Part shown: piece after piece, positions 56,667 through 64,000 of the stretch
How the letters are laid out: every line of letters begins with the position of its first letter
Numbering within the stretch: the first letter of the stretch is position 1
Origin: Candidatus Aldehydirespiratoraceae bacterium
Lineage (GTDB): Bacteria > Actinomycetota > Acidimicrobiia > Acidimicrobiales > Aldehydirespiratoraceae
Direction of reading: 5' to 3'
Length of the DNA stretch: 64,000 bases
NCBI GenBank assembly: GCA_965261185.1
Contig: CBDHCN010000002.1
Coordinates: forward strand, 2,878,093-2,942,092
Program-made: the position numbers and the translations under genes
The notes under the pieces: generated by a model
Told to the model about the DNA's origin: nothing
Seen by the model: only the letters and a program-made list of their open reading frames with translations
The model's database searches: none

Positions 56667-57749
56667 ATGGGTGGAAGTTGTCCGCAGAGATCACAGAATG
56701 AGCGCATCAGTAGTGCAACTAGTACAACAACTGTTTACACGGACGGTGCCTGTCTAGGGAATCCTGGGCCTGGTGGCTGGGGTTGGGTTGTGCCCGATGG
56801 CCGCTGGGCCAACGGCGCTGACACTGCGACTACCAATCAGCGGATGGAACTCACCGCTGTACTCGAAGCGCTGCGGGCCATCGAGGGTCCCGTTGAGGTC
56901 GTCTCGGATTCAACGTACGTAGTCAATTGTTTTCGTGACCGCTGGTGGGCAGGTTGGCTCAAACGTGACTGGCGCAACTCCAACAAGCAGCCGGTCGCCA
57001 ATCGAGACATCTGGGAACCGCTGATTGAGCTTTATCGCTCAGCGCCACACGAAATCACCTTTACTTGGGTGAAAGGGCACGCTGGCGACGAATGGAACGA
57101 GGTAGCGGATCGCTTGGCGGCTGAAGCTTCGCGTACGCAAGTGGGTCGCACAGGTGTTGGTATGCCCGATGATCTCGCTGAGGCTGATGAGATTGGGCTG
57201 CTAGCACCACGTGACGGAACCGCAGACAACCGCCCCTTCGGCAGTTCGTGGCGACCAGCGGGCCGTTGTGTGGCGATACTTGGGTTGCAGCTCGACTCAG
57301 AGGGCCCCCACTCAGACAGCAATGTGGATAAGACGCGGCAGCGGCTCGCGGAGATCTTGGCGGCGAAGAAAGAACTCGACGACGACCTGGTCGTGCTGAC
57401 GGGGTTGCGCCGTGGCGCGGAGACTCTTGGCGCCGAAGCAGCAGCGGAGGCTGGAGTGCCTTACGTAGCAGTGCTGCCATATCCCAACCCTGCACGCAAG
57501 TGGCCGTCGGCCAACAGAAATCACTTTGCGCAGATGTTGGAAGGAGCGGCCAAAGTCGTGTGCTTGCAACGCAAGGTTCCCGACACCTCCAAACGGGCCG
57601 GCGAGGCGCTGAAGCGAAGAAACGCATGGCTGAGAAAAGTCGCCGACGAAGCGTTGATCGTGTGGGACGGTGCTGATCGCCGGGTCGGCAGAGTGGTGAG
57701 TGCTTTCGAACGTGAAATGCCCGACGACGTTTGGGTCGTTGACGCCTAG
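56667..57749 (+). CDS. RNase HI domain fused to a YpsA-like SLOG domain
   Basis: The N-terminal part has VYTDGACLGNPGPGGWGWV, TNQRMELTAVLEAL and WVKGHAGDEWNEVADRLA. The C-terminal part has VVLTGLRRGAETLGAEAAAEAGVPYVAVLPYPNPARKWPSANRNHF...RRNAWLRKVADEALIVWDG, which follows the YpsA/DUF1273 pattern. ATG 56667 is preferred; the listed 56598 overlaps aceE. Confidence 0.8.
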   Translation: MGGSCPQRSQNERISSATSTTTVYTDGACLGNPGPGGWGWVVPDGRWANGADTATTNQRMELTAVLEALRAIEGPVEVVSDSTYVVNCFRDRWWAGWLKRDWRNSNKQPVANRDIWEPLIELYRSAPHEITFTWVKGHAGDEWNEVADRLAAEASRTQVGRTGVGMPDDLAEADEIGLLAPRDGTADNRPFGSSWRPAGRCVAILGLQLDSEGPHSDSNVDKTRQRLAEILAAKKELDDDLVVLTGLRRGAETLGAEAAAEAGVPYVAVLPYPNPARKWPSANRNHFAQMLEGAAKVVCLQRKVPDTSKRAGEALKRRNAWLRKVADEALIVWDGADRRVGRVVSAFEREMPDDVWVVDA

Positions 57750-57757
57750 AACGACTT

Positions 57758-58660
57758 TCACTGCGGCTTGTCGAGAACGCTCCGTAGCGCACCGGCGAGA
57801 TCTGGTTGACGGAACTGGTAGCCACTGGCCAATAGCGCCGAAGGCTCGACCCTTTGGCTGGCGTACAGCAGTTGTTGAGTCAATTCCCGCCCGACTTTGG
57901 CCCACATCACAAGTTTGGGAGTGGGCAGAATCGTTGGTCGGTGCAGCACTTGTCCGAGGGTCTTGGTGAACTCTGCGTTGGTGACGGGATTGGGCGCGGT
58001 CATGTTGACGGGCCCGCCGATGTCGTTGTCGAGCAGCCAGATGATGGCCTGAACCATGTCTTGGATCGATATCCAGCTCAGCCACTGACGTCCGTTGCCG
58101 ATGCGGCCACCGATTCCGAGCCGAAAAAACGGGAGTTGCGCCTTCAGGGCTCCTCCGTTACCTGCCAGCACCACACCGGTGCGCAGATAGGTGAGCCGCG
58201 TGCAAGTTTGTGCTGGGCTGGCAGCGTGTTCCCAGGCGCGCACTACATCGGCAAGAAAGCCATCGCCACTGGAACTGATCTCGTTGAGTTCTTCGTCGCC
58301 GCGGTCTCCGTAGAAACCGATCGCCGAACCCGACAGGAACACCGATGGAGGGTTCTGGGCCTCGGCGATTGCGTTTGCCAACAGCGTGGTGGTCGTGATT
58401 CGGCTGTCGAGAATCCGGGTTTTTTGGGTGTCGCTCCAGCGTCGCTCGGCTATTGATGCTCCGGCTAGGTGAACTACCGCGTCGATATCTTCGAGAGCAT
58501 CTTTTGAGAAATCGCCCTTCGCCGGGTTCCAGAAGATGCTTTCGGTGTCGTCTCGGTTCTGTGACCGCAGCAGACGAATCGGCGTGTGGGTCGTGGCTTT
58601 GAGTGCGGAAACCAACGATGTTCCGATTAAGCCGGTGGAGCCGCTGATCAGTACCCGCAT
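57758..58660 (-). CDS. TIGR01777/YfcH-like NAD-dependent epimerase-family protein
   Basis: The protein opens MRVLISGSTGLIGTSLVSAL at ATG 58660. A DUF1731-like C-terminus is present (RVEPSALLASGYQFRQPDL). Confidence 0.8.
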   Translation of the reverse strand: MRVLISGSTGLIGTSLVSALKATTHTPIRLLRSQNRDDTESIFWNPAKGDFSKDALEDIDAVVHLAGASIAERRWSDTQKTRILDSRITTTTLLANAIAEAQNPPSVFLSGSAIGFYGDRGDEELNEISSSGDGFLADVVRAWEHAASPAQTCTRLTYLRTGVVLAGNGGALKAQLPFFRLGIGGRIGNGRQWLSWISIQDMVQAIIWLLDNDIGGPVNMTAPNPVTNAEFTKTLGQVLHRPTILPTPKLVMWAKVGRELTQQLLYASQRVEPSALLASGYQFRQPDLAGALRSVLDKPQ

Positions 58661-58764
58661 AGTCGTCCTTCGATCTCGCTTCTCGCGCTTGAGTGAGTCA
58701 CGCCCTATGCTGCGAATCATAGAGGGCTGGAATCATCGAGCGCACGCGAACTAAAGGACCGAAG

Positions 58765-59001
58765 ATGTCAGACGATCTGAACAATCAACCGACAGCCAAA
58801 ACCGGTATGGGCAAGTTCATCGGAGCTGCGCTGGTGGCCGTGGCTCTGATCGCTTTCGTCGTGCAAAACACCGATAGCACTCCGGTCCAATGGTTCTTCA
58901 TCGATCGCAGTGCGCCGTTGTGGCTGATTATCGTGGTCTCAGCTGTTGCTGGTGCCATTCTGAGCGAGATTATCGGGTGGATTGTTCGCCGTCGACGGTG
59001 A
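58765..59001 (+). CDS. LapA-domain (DUF1049-like) small membrane protein
   Basis: 78 aa with two TM segments flanking QNTDSTPVQWFF and an RRRR tail. Confidence 0.65.
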   Translation: MSDDLNNQPTAKTGMGKFIGAALVAVALIAFVVQNTDSTPVQWFFIDRSAPLWLIIVVSAVAGAILSEIIGWIVRRRR

Positions 59002-59026
59002 CCGATTGGTTTAGCTGGTCAGCGGC

Positions 59027-59608
59027 CTAGGTGGCCAACAACTGTTCAATTCGTTCGGCGAGTTCTGCGACAGGGAGTCTGGTTACCTCGGTCGTGCCAT
59101 CGTCGTTGATGAAAGCGTAGATCGGCTGGCTGAAGACGCCGTAGCGTTCCCATACCGAATTGTCGGTGTCGGACACGTTTATGAGGTCAAAGACTCCGTA
59201 GCCCCCGACGAAGCGCTCAAGATCGGCTTCTGAGGTGCTGCTGCCACCGACGCCGATGATGTCAATCTGACCGGCGAATTGTTCCTGCACCGATGCGACC
59301 GCACCGGCTTCGCGTTGACAAGCCGGTCACCATGGCGCCCAAAACCACAACACGAGATCCTGTCCCTCGTAATCACCGGCATCGAATTGGCCTCCACCGA
59401 CGCGTTCCTCGGTCCAGTCGTGGGGCCATGCAACCGCAACAGAATCGCCCGCTTCGGTTGATGGTGACGGTCCTTCGGTGGTGGTCGTGGTCGTCGGATC
59501 CGGCTGTGCTGGGGTGGCTTCGTCGTCGGTTCCGTCGCCGCATGCACTTACGAAGAGCGCAGCGCCCAACAACGCGGCCGTGAACGGAGACAGCACATTT
59601 CGTTTCAC
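59027..59608 (-). CDS. candidate selenoprotein: TlpA/thioredoxin-like lipoprotein with U-x-x-C active site (in-frame TGA at 59327-59329)
   Basis: ORFs 59327..59608 and 59027..59290 share one frame. Read-through gives ...GQDLVLWFWAPW-[TGA]-PACQREAGAV..., the WCxxC position of redoxins. The N-terminal lipobox is ALFVSAC. A 7-bp hairpin starts immediately after the TGA. Confidence 0.75.
59304..59326 (-). promoter_or_regulatory. candidate SECIS-like hairpin
   Basis: In the mRNA, CCGGCUU-[GUCAACGCG]-AAGCCGG starts at the first nucleotide after the UGA. Confidence 0.4.
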
Positions 59609-59715
59609 CGTTACCCATCGTAGGACCTTTTGGATTTACCAGCACCTTGCAGCCGTATTGTCAGTACTACCGGCGATAGCCTGGCTGAGCTGAGAGAAGT
59701 AACGAAGAGGTCACG

Positions 59716-59808
59716 ATGAGTACCCGGATGTTGATCGGAGTCTCGCTCTTGGTCGGGCTGCTGATTCTTGTGGCAGGAGCCGTTCAGTTGTTGATGATCG
59801 TCGGCTGA
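59716..59808 (+). CDS. possible 30-codon hydrophobic micro-protein upstream of lpd (weak)
   Basis: GAAGAGG lies 5 nt before the ATG. The product is MSTRMLIGVSLLVGLLILVAGAVQLLMIVG*. It is below the ORF-track length cut-off. Confidence 0.2.
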   Translation: MSTRMLIGVSLLVGLLILVAGAVQLLMIVG

Positions 59809-59828
59809 AAAGAGTCGGCCCCGGTAAC

Positions 59829-61259
59829 ATGAGGCCCGCACGGGGAGGAAGTCCCATAGAGACACAACACGATGTGATCGTCGTCGGCGGTGGCCCTGCC
59901 GGTTATGCAGCCGCTCTTTATGCCGCGGGTATTGGGCTGAACGTAGGACTCGTGGAGAAGGGCGCTCTGGGAGGCACTTGCCTACATGTCGGGTGCATTC
60001 CCGCCAAGGAGTTGTTGGAGACGGCGCACGTCTTTCGCACCGTTACCCATGCCGCAGACTTCGGTGTGAACACTTCGGCACCAGCGCTCGACTGGGATGT
60101 CACGATGCAACGCAAACAGAGCATCATTGATCAACTCGTTGCAGGTCTAGGATCGATGATGAAGAGCCGAAAGGTCACCGTTTACAACGGTATCGGCACG
60201 CTAGGCGCCGATCGGGTGGTGTCGGTGACGCAACAGGGAGAGACACAAACGCTCACTGCCCCCTCGGTGATTCTTGCAACAGGGTCATTGCCCCGCACGA
60301 TTCCAGGCTTTGAAGTCGACGGAAAATTCGTTATGACCTCTGACGAACTGTTGTCGATTGAAGCACTTCCGCAGAGTGCCGCGGTGATTGGCGGCGGTGC
60401 CATCGGTTGCGAGTTCGCCTCCATGATGGCTGATCTCGGAGTTGATGTCACCGTGATCGAGGCGCTGGAACAGATCCTTACCGGATGTGATCGCGACGCT
60501 GCCAAGGTTGTGGCGCGCAGCTTCAAGAAGCGCGGCATTACGGTGCATACCTCGGCTCCGGTACATGGTCATTCTCCCGATCCGTCTGGTTCGCACACAT
60601 CGGTGTCCTTCGGCGACGGCCAGTCTGTGGACGTGGACCTGGTGGTGGTGTCGGTCGGCCGTCGCCCCAACGCTGACCTGTTGGGTCTGAGTGGTACTTC
60701 GGTAGTCGTTGACGAGCGCGGTTTCGTTGAGGTTGATGGTCGTTGTCGGACAGCAGAGCCGGGTGTTTGGGCGGTTGGTGACCTGATCGACACACCACAG
60801 CTGGCCCATGTGGCCTTTGCCGAAGGAATGTTGGCGGTCACTGATTCGTTGGGCGAAGAACCCGCTCCGCTGGATCACCACGGAACACCGTGGTGCATAT
60901 ATTGCCATCCTGAGGTGGCGTTCGCCGGGCACACCGAGGAGTCGGCGATCGCGGCGGGCCACGACGTTGTGACTTCGTCGCTGCGTTTCATTGGCAACGG
61001 TCGAGCCAAGATTGTTGGCGATACCGATGGCATCGTGAAGGTCATAGCCGAGAAGCAGGCTGACGGCACCGGAGGGCAGATACTGGGCGTTCACATGGTC
61101 GGACCCTGGGTCACCGAGCAGCTTGGTCAGGCGTACCTTGCTGTCAACTGGGAGGCGACCGTTGATGATGTGGCTGCTTTCATACAACCGCACCCCACGA
61201 TGAGCGAACTCTTTGGAGAATCTGTGTTGTCGTTGACCGGGCGTTCGCTTCATGGTTGA
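59829..61259 (+). CDS. lpd: dihydrolipoyl dehydrogenase (E3)
   Basis: DVIVVGGGPAGYAAA, the redox disulfide GGTCLHVGCIPAK, and the C-terminal HPTMSE are present. Confidence 0.95.
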   Translation: MRPARGGSPIETQHDVIVVGGGPAGYAAALYAAGIGLNVGLVEKGALGGTCLHVGCIPAKELLETAHVFRTVTHAADFGVNTSAPALDWDVTMQRKQSIIDQLVAGLGSMMKSRKVTVYNGIGTLGADRVVSVTQQGETQTLTAPSVILATGSLPRTIPGFEVDGKFVMTSDELLSIEALPQSAAVIGGGAIGCEFASMMADLGVDVTVIEALEQILTGCDRDAAKVVARSFKKRGITVHTSAPVHGHSPDPSGSHTSVSFGDGQSVDVDLVVVSVGRRPNADLLGLSGTSVVVDERGFVEVDGRCRTAEPGVWAVGDLIDTPQLAHVAFAEGMLAVTDSLGEEPAPLDHHGTPWCIYCHPEVAFAGHTEESAIAAGHDVVTSSLRFIGNGRAKIVGDTDGIVKVIAEKQADGTGGQILGVHMVGPWVTEQLGQAYLAVNWEATVDDVAAFIQPHPTMSELFGESVLSLTGRSLHG

Positions 61260-61328
61260 TGCAAACTGTTGCCGGTAGGTGAAACGAGACGAATGAGATG
61301 AATCAGAAGATGACGAGAAGAGGACTTG

Positions 61329-62819
61329 ATGGCTGACGTGACCATGCCCCAGTTGGGGGAAACAGTCACCGAGGGAACGATCACCCGCTGGTTCAAACAG
61401 GTCGGTGACCATGTGGAGATGGATGAGATCCTCTTCGAAGTTTCCACTGACAAGGTTGACTCAGAAGTCCCGTCGCCCATTGCCGGCACATTGATCGAGA
61501 TATTCGCCAACGAGGGAGACCTGGTAGAGGTTGGACAAGTTCTTGCCCAGATCGGCGATGCTGCTGCTGTACCGGCCCCGGCAGAACCCGAGGTTTTGGC
61601 GGAGCCTGAACCTGAGCCGGAGCCCCAACCGGAGCCTGAAGCTGAGCCTGAACCGGAAGCTGAGCCTGAACCGGAAGAAATCCCCAGCGCACAGACACCT
61701 CTGTCTTCGACTCTGCCGCCACCGCCTCCGCCGCCAACGGGAGTCGCGGCTGCTCCTGATGCGGAGACGCCGGCGGGGTCGCCAGTCGATGAATCCTCAG
61801 AGCGCGAGAAACCGAGTTCGCTCATGTCTCCGGTTGTGCGTCGGTTGATAGCCGACAACGGACTCGATCCCTCAACGATTGTCGGCACAGGCATAGGTGG
61901 CCGCATTACCCGAGCTGATGCCGAAGCGGTGATCCGTTCGAGAGCGTCTGCCGCGTCCGCAGCGCCACCACAGAGTCCTCCAGAATCGGCTTTGCCCCCG
62001 CCTGTCGCCGAGCGGCCATCCGAGCCGGCAACGCCTCCGCCTCCGTCGGCCGTGGTCAAGACGCCAGCGGCCACGACTGCGACCCCATCGACCGCGGTGG
62101 GCACGCGTGACAAGGTCGTCGCGCTGAACAACATTCGCAAGCGCACTGCAGAACACATGGTGATGTCCAAGAGCGCGTCGCCACACGTGCTCACGGCCAT
62201 GGAAATCGACTATGAGGGTGTCGAAAAAGTGCGCAAAGCGATCAAATCTGGTTGGAAGGCAGAGGAGGGATTCAGCCTCACCTACTTGCCGTTCATTGCG
62301 CGCGCTGTCGTTGATGCCTTGCGTGAATACCCGCATCTCAATGCCAGTTTCGGGGGTGACCATCTAGTCATCCATGATCAGGTCAACCTTGCCATCGCTG
62401 TCGACATCGATTTCAGCGGCTTGCTGGCGCCGGTGATCAAGGGCACTGAGGGCAAGCGGCTGCGACAAATCGCTCGAGATATTGTGGATGTCGCCAGCCG
62501 GGCGCGTACCAGGCAGTTGATGCCCGACGAGCTGTCCGGTGGCACTTTCACGCTGACCAATGCCGGTCAATACGGCACGATGATGCAGTTCCCGATCATC
62601 AACCAGCCTCAGGTGGCGATTTTGTCAACCGACGGTGTGGCACGAAAACCGGTTGTGGTCACTGATTCTTACGGCAACGAATCGATCGCCATTCATTCGG
62701 TCGGGGTTTTGGCGATGGCCTGGGATCACCGCGCGTTCGATGGCGCCTATGCCGCGGCGTTCCTTCACCGAGTCAAAGAGATCATTGAGACTCGCGACTG
62801 GGAGGCGGAGGTCCGCTGA
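61329..62819 (+). CDS. 2-oxoacid dehydrogenase E2 dihydrolipoamide acyltransferase
   Basis: A lipoyl domain is present (MPQLGETVTEGTI...EVSTDKVDSEVPSP). It is followed by a Pro/Glu-rich linker, an E3-binding domain (SPVVRRLIADNGLD) and a catalytic domain (MAWDHRAFDGAYAAAFL). Confidence 0.93.
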   Translation: MADVTMPQLGETVTEGTITRWFKQVGDHVEMDEILFEVSTDKVDSEVPSPIAGTLIEIFANEGDLVEVGQVLAQIGDAAAVPAPAEPEVLAEPEPEPEPQPEPEAEPEPEAEPEPEEIPSAQTPLSSTLPPPPPPPTGVAAAPDAETPAGSPVDESSEREKPSSLMSPVVRRLIADNGLDPSTIVGTGIGGRITRADAEAVIRSRASAASAAPPQSPPESALPPPVAERPSEPATPPPPSAVVKTPAATTATPSTAVGTRDKVVALNNIRKRTAEHMVMSKSASPHVLTAMEIDYEGVEKVRKAIKSGWKAEEGFSLTYLPFIARAVVDALREYPHLNASFGGDHLVIHDQVNLAIAVDIDFSGLLAPVIKGTEGKRLRQIARDIVDVASRARTRQLMPDELSGGTFTLTNAGQYGTMMQFPIINQPQVAILSTDGVARKPVVVTDSYGNESIAIHSVGVLAMAWDHRAFDGAYAAAFLHRVKEIIETRDWEAEVR

Positions 62820-62827
62820 GCTCGTTG

Positions 62828-64000
62828 GTGCTGAACGGTTCGGTTTTGGCCGAGCGGACTCTGCGGGTCCGCTGGTTGGGACGGGTTGCTTATTCAGATG
62901 CGCTCGCGTTGCAACGGTCGTTGTTCGTCAATCGCCAACACGACTATCTGCTGTTGTTGGAGCATCGCAATGTAGTGACCATGAGTCGCCGCACGCCGGC
63001 TGAGCATCTGCTTGCCGACGTTGAGGCGCTCGGTGCGGAGTTGTTTGTAGCGGATCGGGGAGGCGACGTTACCTACCACGGCCCCGGTCAACTTGTTGCT
63101 TATCCCATTGTTGATGTGCCGGGGCGCCGCGGCGGCGGTATGGCCGACACCGCCGCGTATGTGTCATCGCTTGAACAGTGTTTGATTGAAACCCTCGGAG
63201 ATGTTGGTGTGCAGTCGGGGCGTATCAAAGGCTGTACCGGCGTCTGGGTGGATCCCACCGGAGAACGGCCCCAGAAGATAGCGGCAATCGGGGTGCGGAT
63301 AGCGCGGGGACGCTCCATGCATGGGGTGGCGCTCAACGTTGACCCGGATTTGAGCTGGTATGAGCGAATCGTTCCGTGTGGCATTCCCGACAAGGGTGTC
63401 ACCTCGCTGGCCGCGCTCGGTGTTGACGTTTCGATGCCTGAGATGGTCGAGGTGTTCACGCAACGGGCGGTGGCTGTGTTCGCTCAACACGGATCAGTTG
63501 ACCGCGCCGGCGTTGGGTTCAAGACCAAACCCGCTGACTTTGCGCCGTTCACTCGTGGAGAAGGCCCAGGCACACCGGTTGGGCGTTCTGGAGTCGGTTA
63601 CCAATCTGAGGATCCGACCCCGGCAATCACTGGACAAGCGTCCTCACCGCAGGAATTTGCGAGACAGGCTGATGGCACGTCGGTGCGGTTGCTTGGACGC
63701 CTTGCTCAAGCGGGGGCCACCAGTCACGACCCCGTGCGCTTGCGCGCGCGCAAGCCTGAGTGGATGCGGGTGAAGTTCGATCCTGGACCGCAGTATCGCC
63801 GGATCAGGTCCACGATGCGTGAACTCGGACTCGTGACCGTGTGCGAAGAAGCGGGTTGCCCCAATATTTCCGAGTGCTGGAACGACGGCACGGCGACCTT
63901 CATGATCCTGGGGGACCGTTGCACACGAGCTTGTGGGTTCTGCTTGATCGACACCCGGCATCCCGAGGCGCCGGATCCTCATGAGGCGACCCGTGTGGCT
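62828..64000 (+). CDS. lipB-lipA: lipoyl(octanoyl) transferase LipB and lipoyl synthase LipA in one continuous reading frame (3' end outside window)
   Basis: By manual translation, no stop occurs from 62828 to the window end. The LipB part has LLLLEHRNVVTMSRRT, DRGGDVTYHGPGQLVAYPI, KIAAIGVRIARGRSMHGVALNV and PCGIPDKGVTSL. After a ~70-aa linker the LipA part follows (RKPEWMRVKF...LVTVCEEAGCPNISECW...ATFMILGDRCTRACGFC). The ORF is absent from the track because it has no stop in the window. Confidence 0.8.
   Translation, partial: MLNGSVLAERTLRVRWLGRVAYSDALALQRSLFVNRQHDYLLLLEHRNVVTMSRRTPAEHLLADVEALGAELFVADRGGDVTYHGPGQLVAYPIVDVPGRRGGGMADTAAYVSSLEQCLIETLGDVGVQSGRIKGCTGVWVDPTGERPQKIAAIGVRIARGRSMHGVALNVDPDLSWYERIVPCGIPDKGVTSLAALGVDVSMPEMVEVFTQRAVAVFAQHGSVDRAGVGFKTKPADFAPFTRGEGPGTPVGRSGVGYQSEDPTPAITGQASSPQEFARQADGTSVRLLGRLAQAGATSHDPVRLRARKPEWMRVKFDPGPQYRRIRSTMRELGLVTVCEEAGCPNISECWNDGTATFMILGDRCTRACGFCLIDTRHPEAPDPHEATRVA

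Overview
This window is a high-GC actinobacterial-type chromosomal segment, indicated by mIHF, the DUF1844-infC-rpmI-rplT block and an aceE / RNase H / lpd / E2 / lipB-lipA neighbourhood. Most of it is densely packed housekeeping genes on the + strand. In order these are carB(partial)-pyrD-mihF-gmk-rpoZ-coaBC-metK-priA, then def-fmt-rsmB-moaB-ribD-hisG, infC-rpmI-rplT-trmH-pheST, a taurine/sulfoacetaldehyde-type catabolic locus, a split convergent suf Fe-S system, and aceE, lpd, E2 and lipB-lipA.

The most unusual signal is hidden by the ORF track. Two minus-strand genes are each split by an in-frame TGA sitting exactly at a redox-cysteine position, and each TGA is followed by an mRNA hairpin.
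- One is a U-G-S-C motif protein, translationally coupled to a large thioredoxin-fused protein of unknown function (34256-36237).
- The other is a TlpA/thioredoxin-like lipoprotein with W-[TGA]-P-A-C (59027-59608).
Both are read here as selenocysteine candidates.

Other notable items:
- Domain fusions: lipB and lipA in one uninterrupted frame, RNase HI with a YpsA-like SLOG domain, an RsmC-like with a SpoU-type RNA methyltransferase, and an ABC ATPase with a 5-TM N-terminal extension.
- Probable accessory inserts: an IS3 remnant with a nucleotidyltransferase-fold two-gene module at 9.3-11.5 kb, and an AT-rich junction with an AAA/DUF4143 ATPase and an SLH / 15x RCC1-like / M6-metalloprotease giant protein at 45.5-50.3 kb.
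- Two sufC paralogues.
- Three single-base (+1) frameshifts that may be pseudogenes or assembly errors.
- Several repeats, hairpins and an orphan terminator.

No rRNA, tRNA or CRISPR array was seen. All family assignments rest on motifs read from the translations; no database search was possible.
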